Source: Candidatus Nanosyncoccus sp.
GTDB lineage: Bacteria; Patescibacteriota; Saccharimonadia; Saccharimonadales; Saccharimonadaceae
Assembly (NCBI GenBank): GCA_045642865.1
Contig: JAZUJS010000081.1
Coordinates: 1-53,007 of the forward strand
Direction: 5' to 3'
Length of the DNA stretch: 53,007 nucleotides
Part shown: positions 17,874 through 24,449 of the stretch, in pieces
How the letters are laid out: each line of letters begins with the position of its first letter
How positions within the stretch are numbered: position 1 is the stretch's first letter
The notes under the pieces: model-generated
What the model was told of the DNA's origin: nothing
The model's input: the letters and a program-made list of their open reading frames with translations, nothing else
Database searches by the model: none
Program-made: the position numbers and the translations under genes

Positions 17874-18031
17874 TAATCTTTTTTGACCTCTGTTACTTAG
17901 ATGAACAAAGATCTCAGCGCCGAAGATTACTGAAGTATTTTCATCGGCTGAATTGCCAGTTCTTCCGACACCCAAAAATACTTCACACTACTTCTTATTA
18001 GCCATTATACGCTTTTTTGTGGTTTTTTCAA
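17874..18031 (-). promoter_or_regulatory. rpoB promoter and structured leader of about 150 nt
   Basis: TTGAAA-16-TATAAT (18031..18004); two long hairpins at 17931-17985 and 17874-17929. Confidence 0.6.
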
Positions 18032-18067
18032 GCCTAAAACGGGTAAATTGTGGCGTATTTTTAGCAT

Positions 18068-18091
18068 GAAAAAAGCCCCATATTGGGGCTT
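18068..18091 (-). terminator. Terminator of orphan gene
   Basis: AAGCCCCA-TAT-TGGGGCTT with T-run on minus strand, overlapping the stop codon. Confidence 0.7.
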
Positions 18092-18710
18092 AGATGTACA
18101 TTTCGTTAAGATCAAGTTCTCTCTGGAGTTCTTGATAATTTTCCTCCGAGAGTAACGGGTAAAATACCCCGAGAATTCTTTCAGCATAGATAGCCGCAAT
18201 TGAGCGCTGCCAGCTACTAACACAAACTGAAATGTATTCAATAATCTTATGAATGTACTTGTTCCGGGCGATACTCGGCGCATTACCGATAATCCAGTTC
18301 GCCGCATCCTCGGAACGATGCCGATTAAGTAACTCTTTTTCGAGCAAACCGACCAATTTCTGGTCAATTTTATCCTTAATCTCAATTCCTTCTTCAGCAA
18401 TTAGATAAGGTAAAACTTTTGCTTCGATTTGTTGCTTGCGCATGATACATTCGGCATAGTCTTTGGCGTGATTGATGCAATCGTCACAGATTACTAGCGG
18501 GATTTCCGCATCTCTCGCATATAAATCTTCGACCCGCTCGAAGAACCAGTCGTATTTTCTTTCATTAATAATAATGCGCAGTAAATACCCGACCGTATCT
18601 TCGTCGATTAGAGGTGTGACCCCTTCATCGATTAGCGTTAATAGTTGCTCATATATCACGTCTTCCTGGTTTTTGGGTTTAAAATTAACGTTCATCGTAA
18701 GCCCTTGCAT
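18090..18710 (-). CDS. Hypothetical protein (206 aa, orphan)
   Basis: Start reassigned to ATG 18710 behind AGGAGGAGG; own promoter TTGACC-16-TAAAAT (18790..18763); no recognisable motif. Confidence 0.7.
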   Translation of the reverse strand: MQGLTMNVNFKPKNQEDVIYEQLLTLIDEGVTPLIDEDTVGYLLRIIINERKYDWFFERVEDLYARDAEIPLVICDDCINHAKDYAECIMRKQQIEAKVLPYLIAEEGIEIKDKIDQKLVGLLEKELLNRHRSEDAANWIIGNAPSIARNKYIHKIIEYISVCVSSWQRSIAAIYAERILGVFYPLLSEENYQELQRELDLNEMYI

Positions 18711-18817
18711 TTTCTTGCCTCCTCCTAACCTAAAACCATTTTCAATGTGCAACAACTTCTATATTTTATCACATCCCCATCAACGGTCAATGAGAGTGGG
18801 GGGTGCGTTTTTGAACC

Positions 18818-18907
18818 AAAAAACCACCCGTCAAGGTGGATTTCTAGACATATATAAGCTCTCAACTAATATTGTATATGATAAGCTATCTCGCAGTTAG
18901 TTAGCTT
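18818..18907 (-). ncRNA. Candidate small RNA (about 90 nt)
   Basis: TTGACA-17-TACTAT promoter (18942..18914), two short stems, CCACC/GGTGG+T6 terminator, no SD-led ORF. Confidence 0.5.
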
Positions 18908-19112
18908 GATTTAATAGTAATGCATATGCTTTTATTTGTCAACATATTTTTTTATTTTTTACCAAAAATGTCGCTCAAACAGATATTATTTTAGGACGAC
19001 AACTTAGTGTAACAATATTCCAGCCAGCACCAGCAGTGTATGAAAGCATTCCAACTGTTCTATTTGGACGACCATCATTAAAAAGTTTAATATATGGATT
19101 CTGCTAATACCA

Positions 19113-19148
19113 CTACCTATTTTTGTTGCAAAGGTATTGGACCTTAAC
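19113..19148. repeat. 36-bp direct repeat, copy 1
   Basis: CTACCTATTTTTGTTGCAAAGGTATTGGACCTTAAC, identical to 20457-20492. Confidence 0.95.
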
Positions 19149-19155
19149 GAAGCAC

Positions 19156-19184
19156 TTGACTTTTTTAGTATTTTGTGCTATAAT
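19156..19184 (+). promoter_or_regulatory. sigma70 promoter 7 nt downstream of repeat copy 1
   Basis: TTGACT-17-TATAAT with extended -10 TG. Confidence 0.8.
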
Positions 19185-19189
19185 TGATA

Positions 19190-19360
19190 AGTTAAATGCT
19201 CAACCGAGCAAGTACATTAAAAGGTTACAGTTTAAGGTTCAAAACATTTTTTTGGACAACGTACTGAGCATAAAATTTTACACTTAGTGCGTTGTCCAAC
19301 AAAAATGCGGCAACCGGCGAGCTAATGCTGCCGATCATAATTTTAAGGAGGAATTTGCCC
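19190..19360 (+). promoter_or_regulatory. Long structured 5' leader (possible cis-regulatory RNA or ncRNA)
   Basis: Hairpin of about 24 bp at 19245-19307, plus TGCTC/GAGCA and CGGCA/TGCCG stems; AAGGAGG at 19345-19351. Confidence 0.55.
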
Positions 19361-20089
19361 ATGAGCGAATTCATCATCTATCTAATGTCACTGTTATTAT
19401 TGTTCTTTCCTGATTTCGAAAACGGACAGAACATCACTATTGCGCAGCCTGATATAATTGTTGCAAATGTTTACGAAGATGATCTTCGCCTCCGCATTAG
19501 CGGAAACGGCGGAGCAAATTTTGAAACAATTATCCTCCGTCAGAGTAATACCGACGCTGGGCAGTCGTACTATATTGACGGTAAAATGTCAAAATGGGAA
19601 ACTGTTGCCACACTGAGCGGCGCAATCAACGATTATCTATTGCCTCGTTGGGCAGGGGACACTGAATATGCCATCTATTTTCGATGCACAGATGAAGAAA
19701 ATAATTTCTCATTCAGTTATCCGGTGTCGTTCGTTTTATCTAACGACGCAACCGAAATCAGCATGACGGTAGATTCGAGGAAGCCACTAAAAACGCCCCG
19801 GATAAAAATGAATTTATTTAATGAACATAAATCATTGTCGCTTGATGTTTACTGTGATGATCCCGATATTGATGGCTATGTCCTCAAAAAGAAGGATAAT
19901 AGTGGGGCATATCAGACTATTGACGAATTAGAGGTTGGAAATAACAATTATTCCTATCACGTTTTCGAAAAAGGAAAACAGGCCTATGGAGAATATATGT
20001 TGTTCTCGCGCAGACTTATCCTTGATGGCGTTGTTTGGGAATATAGCCAGCCCTACTGTTTCACGGTAACAAAACAAGATTTTAATTAA
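19361..20089 (+). CDS. Hypothetical exported protein (242 aa), probably two beta-sandwich (FN3/Ig-like) domains
   Basis: Start reassigned to ATG 19361 behind AAGGAGG; hydrophobic N-terminus; two similar halves (W..V..L...Y.....Y / Y..I..L...Y....Y, each ending YS.P..F); fold is inferred. Confidence 0.65.
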   Translation: MSEFIIYLMSLLLLFFPDFENGQNITIAQPDIIVANVYEDDLRLRISGNGGANFETIILRQSNTDAGQSYYIDGKMSKWETVATLSGAINDYLLPRWAGDTEYAIYFRCTDEENNFSFSYPVSFVLSNDATEISMTVDSRKPLKTPRIKMNLFNEHKSLSLDVYCDDPDIDGYVLKKKDNSGAYQTIDELEVGNNNYSYHVFEKGKQAYGEYMLFSRRLILDGVVWEYSQPYCFTVTKQDFN

Positions 20090-20108
20090 GTAACACTGTA
20101 ACCCCCCT

Positions 20109-20148
20109 TCCCCTTTGGCGCGTACCTTAGCGCCTTGGGGATTTTTTT
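20109..20148 (+). terminator. Intrinsic terminator
   Basis: TCCCC..GGCGC/GCGCC..GGGGA followed by T7. Confidence 0.7.
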
Positions 20149-20449
20149 ATGCACCAGAAACTTTGGTGCCAGAATTTTTGGCTTGGGGTTTTGATTTCCT
20201 ACTAGCAAGATAGTAGATTGATGCGCCAAAGGCGGCGCCGGCGGAGTCGATCAGGATGTCGACGATTTGACAGCTGCGGCCGGGGACGAGGAGTTGATAC
20301 AGCTCATCCGAGACGGCGTAGGCCGATGAGGCAGCAACGGACCAGAATGGGTTTTTGCCGTAAGCTTTAAATACGCGGGCCGTGAAAAAGCCGAGGAGAG
20401 TATACTCGGTGAAGTGGGCGAGCTTGCGGACGATTGGGATAATGAGTGT
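20147..20449 (-). pseudogene. VanZ-family membrane protein, 5'-truncated (not in ORF track)
   Basis: Manual translation TLIIPIVRKLAHFTEYTLLG...AYAVSDELYQLLVPGRSCQIVDILIDSAGAAFG...; in-frame TGA immediately upstream, no start codon or SD. Confidence 0.85.
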
Positions 20450-20456
20450 TCAGAAT

Positions 20457-20492
20457 CTACCTATTTTTGTTGCAAAGGTATTGGACCTTAAC
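20457..20492. repeat. 36-bp direct repeat, copy 2
   Basis: Identical to 19113-19148. Confidence 0.95.
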
Positions 20493-20499
20493 AATACTC

Positions 20500-20528
20500 T
20501 TGACTTTTAAGCATATGCATGTTATAAT
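20500..20528 (+). promoter_or_regulatory. sigma70 promoter 7 nt downstream of repeat copy 2
   Basis: TTGACT-17-TATAAT with extended -10 TG; GCATATGC palindrome in spacer. Confidence 0.8.
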
Positions 20529-20540
20529 TAGAAGAAGGGG

Positions 20541-21062
20541 GTGATCTTTTTGAATTTTGAAGTTTATACTGCTGCAACAACGAGCGATACGACACTACTG
20601 TTGAAATTTGCTCACTCGTACAAAAAAGACGTGCAAATGACCGCCGTCGGCAGAATTACGGATGACATTGTCCTTGCTGCCTTAGCCTGTGATGTAGGCT
20701 TATACAACGATTCGAGGATGGTTGCCGTCTCGCACATTAAGGATGAGTATATCCTTTACAAGCTGGTTGCGGAATCACGTATCGGCGGCGATCTTGCAGT
20801 AAAGGCGGCTCACGGAATCAAGAATAAAAGCTATAAAAAAGCTTTGCTTAACAATAGCAATCCTGATGTTCGCATAAATGCCATCAAATCGCTTGATTTT
20901 ACGCAAGGTGAGCTGGAAAAGCTTTATCTGAGCGACCCGAGCATTGCTGTTCGCAAGGAACTGGCGTTCCGCATTACGGATAAGAAGTTCCTGCGAAAAA
21001 TCTTACGCGAGGCTTCCGATGAAGATTTGCGCAGCATTATCTCACTAAACTTAGAACATTGA
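20541..21062 (+). CDS. Hypothetical HEAT-like helical repeat protein
   Basis: Repeats such as LLNNSNPDVRINAIKSL, LYLSDPSIAVRKELAFRI, ASDEDLR; start position uncertain. Confidence 0.65.
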   Translation: MIFLNFEVYTAATTSDTTLLLKFAHSYKKDVQMTAVGRITDDIVLAALACDVGLYNDSRMVAVSHIKDEYILYKLVAESRIGGDLAVKAAHGIKNKSYKKALLNNSNPDVRINAIKSLDFTQGELEKLYLSDPSIAVRKELAFRITDKKFLRKILREASDEDLRSIISLNLEH

Positions 21063-21064
21063 CC

Positions 21065-21092
21065 AAAAACCACCCTGATTAGGGTGGTTTTT
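21065..21092. terminator. Bidirectional terminator
   Basis: AAAAACCACCCT-GATT-AGGGTGGTTTTT between convergent genes. Confidence 0.85.
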
Positions 21093-21107
21093 ACATGGTT
21101 TTAACGA

Positions 21108-21509
21108 TTAGATGTCGAGATCATCAAGGTCAGCGAGCTCGGCACGAGTTTTTTCGGCGAGTTCGGAGGTTGGTTCATCTGCGATTTCATCTTCGATGGC
21201 CTCAGCGGCTTCGGTAGCCTCAGCAGCAGGAGCTGCAGCTGGCTTGTCGGAGCTAATTTCGACATCGGTGTTGACAATTTTAAGATTGTAACGGGCATCA
21301 TTCTTGGTGCCAAGGGCGCGAAGAAGGGTGCGGAGAGATTGAGCAGTAGCACCACGCTTGCCGATTACGCGACCGATATCTTCTGGGTCGACGGTAAGTG
21401 ACAAAAGGACGCCTTTTTCATCAATAACACGATCAACGATGACTTTGTCGGGATTATTTACTAGGGTTTTTACGATATATTCTACGAATTGTTGGTCGAT
21501 AGTTGCCAT
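21108..21509 (-). CDS. khpA: KH-domain RNA-binding protein (KhpA/YlqC) with acidic tail
   Basis: FVEYIVK.LV.NPD.V, DIGRVIGKRGATA.SLRTLL; near rpsP. Confidence 0.9.
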   Translation of the reverse strand: MATIDQQFVEYIVKTLVNNPDKVIVDRVIDEKGVLLSLTVDPEDIGRVIGKRGATAQSLRTLLRALGTKNDARYNLKIVNTDVEISSDKPAAAPAAEATEAAEAIEDEIADEPTSELAEKTRAELADLDDLDI

Positions 21510-21543
21510 TTCTGGGGTTTCTCCATTAAATGTTAATGTCTTA

Positions 21544-21561
21544 ATTATAGCATGCTATAAT
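21544..21561. promoter_or_regulatory. Palindromic bidirectional extended -10 promoter
   Basis: ATTATAGCATGCTATAAT reads TGcTATAAT on both strands, between divergent genes. Confidence 0.75.
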
Positions 21562-21568
21562 ATTTTTT

Positions 21569-21772
21569 ATGTCACGAAAAATTAATTTTAATACGCGAAA
21601 TTTCGAGCCGGAACGCTGTTGGGTCGGAGAGGAGCATAAGATTTCCTACAAGACGCGCGAAGAGGCGGAGGTGGCTGCGAAGTGTGCCGAGTACGATCAT
21701 GGTGCACCTGAGCTAACCGTTTACAAATGCGAGTTTGGCGACCATTGGCATCTTAGTTCGAAGAAAAAATAA
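21569..21772 (+). CDS. Small hypothetical protein with C...K..Y.T...A...VY.C....HWHL pattern (possible metal-binding)
   Basis: -10 box 7 nt upstream, terminator downstream; Cys/His cluster. Confidence 0.7.
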   Translation: MSRKINFNTRNFEPERCWVGEEHKISYKTREEAEVAAKCAEYDHGAPELTVYKCEFGDHWHLSSKKK

Positions 21773-21798
21773 ACTCCCTTTCGAGAGTTTATTTTTTT
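21767..21798. terminator. Bidirectional terminator
   Basis: AAATAAACTC..GAGTTTATTT hairpin with A/T runs between convergent genes. Confidence 0.75.
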
Positions 21799-21803
21799 GT
21801 CGA

Positions 21804-22184
21804 TTATTCTGCAGCTGGAGTTTCTTCGACTGGGGCTTCTTCAGCTGGAGCTTCGGCGACTGGTTCTTCTTTTGGTTGGTTCTTGCGAAGTTTGTCAGCA
21901 TGTTTAGCTTTGACTGACTTCTTTGGAGCCTCTTTGTACCAATCTGGGAGCTTGATACCGTCTTTCTTCAAGATGAAGGCGACGCGTGAAGATGGTTTTG
22001 CACCATTTTTAAGGTAAAATTCCACCTTTTCTTTATCGAGAACCAATTTCTTGGTCTCTGGGTTGTAATTGCCGACCTCAGCCACAACACGACCCGAAAG
22101 TGGGTGGCGCTGGGATTCTTGGACGACTATCCTGTACATCGGAAGATGTGCACGGCCATTACGTTGCATGCGAATCGCGAGCAT
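21804..22184 (-). CDS. rpsP: 30S ribosomal protein S16 (C-terminally extended)
   Basis: MLAIRMQR.G..H.P.YRIVV, G.YNP, GAKPS. Confidence 0.95.
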   Translation of the reverse strand: MLAIRMQRNGRAHLPMYRIVVQESQRHPLSGRVVAEVGNYNPETKKLVLDKEKVEFYLKNGAKPSSRVAFILKKDGIKLPDWYKEAPKKSVKAKHADKLRKNQPKEEPVAEAPAEEAPVEETPAAE

Positions 22185-22268
22185 TGTTTTCTCCTTAAAT
22201 TATTAACCGTTTTATTATACACTATTTTTTGCAAAAAAGAAACCCCCTTCGCGGAGGTTTCTTTTTGA

Positions 22269-22991
22269 TTAGTTATTAGCTTTGACTTTGTCCTCGAGGG
22301 CACGGTAGGTTTTGACGCCTTCTCTTGCGGCAGCGGTTTGTGCCTCCTGCTTTGAGTGGCCGTTACCAACACCTTTGAGCTTGTTGGCGACGTAGGCGCC
22401 GACGGTGAAATTCTTATCATGGTCCGGGCCTTCTTCTTTGAGGGTGCGGTAAACTGGCGTTTCACCATCGTTCTTTTGTGCCAATTCCTGGAACCAGGAT
22501 TTTGGATCACGCCAAGAACCTTCCTCGAGAATTTCGTCGATTTTGTTCAAAATATGCTTATAGATGAAAGCTTTGGCGGTTTCGTAACCTTGGTCCAAAT
22601 AAATTGCACCGATTACAGCCTCAAAACAGTCGGCTAAAATCACATCGTGAGCACGGTCGGAGCCGTGTTTTTCACCTTTTGAGAGACGCACGAGTGGTTC
22701 GTAACCGAGAATTTTGCCCGCATCGCCGATTGATTCGGTGCGTACGAGGGCTGAGCGCCAGGCGGTCATAATGCCTTCTGGCTCGTTGTAATTGCGATAG
22801 AGGAAGTCAGATGAAACCATCTCAAGAATTGCGTCGCCCAAAAACTCTAGACGTTCGTTGTGTTCGTGGACGGACGCCTTATGTTCATTGACATAGCTGC
22901 GATGCGTAAGTGCAGTTACTAACAGATTGATATCATTAAATTCAAAACCGAGTTTTGCTTTGGCAAACTCTTGATATGGGGTTGTATCCAT
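22269..22991 (-). CDS. rnc: Ribonuclease III
   Basis: ALTHRSY, HNERLEFLGDAIL, D.FEAVIGAIYLD, C-terminal dsRBD. Confidence 0.98.
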   Translation of the reverse strand: MDTTPYQEFAKAKLGFEFNDINLLVTALTHRSYVNEHKASVHEHNERLEFLGDAILEMVSSDFLYRNYNEPEGIMTAWRSALVRTESIGDAGKILGYEPLVRLSKGEKHGSDRAHDVILADCFEAVIGAIYLDQGYETAKAFIYKHILNKIDEILEEGSWRDPKSWFQELAQKNDGETPVYRTLKEEGPDHDKNFTVGAYVANKLKGVGNGHSKQEAQTAAAREGVKTYRALEDKVKANN

Positions 22992-23037
22992 TCTCCTCCT
23001 AATTCTGCCGTGCGGCTACGCCCGGCAGGATGCCCTT

Positions 23038-23619
23038 TTATTTTAAATCTCCTGAGCGGATTTTCTTCTTGGCGATGAGCATTAATTTTTCAATGTCTTC
23101 ATATTCGATTACATCGATTGCGTCGGCAAATTTAAACCACTTAATTCCCTTCATCCATTTTTCTTTCATTGGCATCTCTTTTGCGTCGAGCGCCTGGACG
23201 AGGTAGACTTGCGTTGTCATCAAGACAAGCTTGTCGAGACGGCGATATTTGAAGTGAATTTTGCCGAGCCAAGATAGAATTGCAACATTCTTGAGGCCGG
23301 TTTCCTCTTCAATTTCGCGTTTTGCAGTCATTTTTGCGGTTTCGCCTGGTTCAATGTGACCTTTTGGTATCGTCCAACGTTCTTTGGAATCCTGGATGAG
23401 GAGGATTTCGATATCTTTTTGGTCTTCAGACAAGCGAAAAATTATGCCACCCGAAGTCGGTTCACGCACGATTTCCTGGATTGCAGGTTTCTTGCGAAAA
23501 ACCGCTGATTTGAGTTTCTCGAAAGGAGATTCTTTGATAGTCTCAGTAGGCAACGCCTCTGGGACCTTAAGCGTTCTCCTTGCCGTCGGTTCCGTTGACG
23601 GATTCGTTGACTGATTCAT
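23038..23619 (-). CDS. NUDIX hydrolase (Ap4A hydrolase-like)
   Basis: WTIPKGHIEPGE....AKREIEEETGL Nudix box; overlaps nusB by 53 nt. Confidence 0.9.
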   Translation of the reverse strand: MNQSTNPSTEPTARRTLKVPEALPTETIKESPFEKLKSAVFRKKPAIQEIVREPTSGGIIFRLSEDQKDIEILLIQDSKERWTIPKGHIEPGETAKMTAKREIEEETGLKNVAILSWLGKIHFKYRRLDKLVLMTTQVYLVQALDAKEMPMKEKWMKGIKWFKFADAIDVIEYEDIEKLMLIAKKKIRSGDLK

Positions 23620-24073
23620 GTTTTCCTTCCGACGCTTCTTCGTCTAGATGGAGCTCGCGGAACGCTGTTCCAAGAACACCATTAATAAACTTTGAAGAAT
23701 TGTCTGAGCCGAAGGCTTTTGCGAGCTCTACGGCTTCGTTGATGGCAACTTTCGGTGGGATAGAGTCACGGCACTCTGATAATTCGTAGAGTCCCATGCG
23801 CAAAATATTGCGATCAATTGCGGAAATGGTTGAGATTGGCCACTCTGGTGCCATAGGCTGAAGGGCCTCATCGAGGTCCTTCGAGTTTTCAATCACACCA
23901 TGAGCTAATTTATAGACAAACTCAGTATCACCAAGCGCTTTTTCGTAAGGCTCGATATTTTTCGCAATGACTGTATCCAAATCGACTTCTTGGTCGCCCG
24001 CTAGAGTTCTTAATTCAAATTCGTACAAACCTTGTAGTACGATAACTCTTCCTAAATGTCGATTGCTGGCCAT
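23567..24073 (-). CDS. nusB: Transcription antitermination factor NusB
   Basis: RH.GR...LQ.LYE, IDRNILR, PPKVAINEAVELAKAFG...SSKFINGVLG. Confidence 0.97.
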   Translation of the reverse strand: MASNRHLGRVIVLQGLYEFELRTLAGDQEVDLDTVIAKNIEPYEKALGDTEFVYKLAHGVIENSKDLDEALQPMAPEWPISTISAIDRNILRMGLYELSECRDSIPPKVAINEAVELAKAFGSDNSSKFINGVLGTAFRELHLDEEASEGKHESVNESVNGTDGKENA

Positions 24074-24087
24074 ATTTTTCCTATAAA

Positions 24088-24297
24088 TTACTTAGATTTT
24101 TTAGTAGTTTTGGTAGCTGATTCAGCTTTTGCTGCCTTAGCTTTGCAGGTTTTAACCTTCAAATTTGGGGTCTTCTTTGCTGTTTCAAAAGCTTTGACTG
24201 GTGATTTTTTGTTAACGGAACGAGCAAGCTCGAGGCGCAAATGTGAACGGCGAAGGCCGGTCTTGCGTGGGCTACTCTGTTTTTTAGGTTCAGGCAT
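24088..24297 (-). CDS. rpmF: 50S ribosomal protein L32, Zn-free type
   Basis: MPEPKKQSSPRKTGLRRSH N-terminus; no CxxC pairs; precedes nusB. Confidence 0.85.
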   Translation of the reverse strand: MPEPKKQSSPRKTGLRRSHLRLELARSVNKKSPVKAFETAKKTPNLKVKTCKAKAAKAESATKTTKKSK

Positions 24298-24392
24298 TAA
24301 ATGCTCCTTAGTTTTAATAGATTAATTTATACTATAATACCACTATTTTATTTTTTGTGCAAGAAAAATAACCTCTTTCGAGGTCATTTTCC

Positions 24393-24421
24393 ATTATAGC
24401 ACACTTTTGCATTTTTGTCAA
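24393..24421 (-). promoter_or_regulatory. Consensus promoter immediately followed by a terminator-like hairpin, upstream of rpmF
   Basis: TTGACA-17-TATAAT with extended -10 TG; hairpin at 24367-24390. Confidence 0.65.
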
Positions 24422-24449
24422 GTGCCACCCCTGTTAGTGTGAGGGCAAG

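Noticed and set aside
18005-18900. ORFs 18005-18400 (-) and 18472-18900 (+)
   Set aside because: They overlap the SD- and promoter-supported 18090-18710 gene, its terminator and the rpoB promoter; no supporting signals.
18974-19102. Minus-strand open stretch QNPYIKLFNDGRPNRTVGMLSYTAGAGWNIVTLSCRPKIISV left of repeat copy 1, possibly a second truncated gene
   Set aside because: Only about 42 codons, no recognisable family; cannot be told from chance without a database search.
19170-19197. dif/Xer site (ATAAGTTAAAT resembles a XerD arm)
   Set aside because: No properly spaced XerC arm; the sequence is explained by the promoter -10 and TSS region.
20450-20452. TGA read-through or genetic code 25 rescuing the vanZ fragment
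   Set aside because: TGA terminates other genes here (e.g. nusB, the SpoU gene, ftsX), and the upstream frame has no VanZ-like N-terminus.
19113-20492. CRISPR array (36-bp repeat length)
   Set aside because: Only two copies, 1.3 kb apart with genes between them; no spacer-sized intervals and no cas genes.
19113-20492. Classical integron attC sites
   Set aside because: Ends only loosely resemble RYYYAAC/GTTRRRY, there is no paired R''/R' hairpin around cassettes, and no intI is present.
18814-21076. Similar terminators (CCAAAAA(A)CCACCC) near both ends of the island as att-like repeats
   Set aside because: Short, low-complexity match expected between intrinsic terminators.
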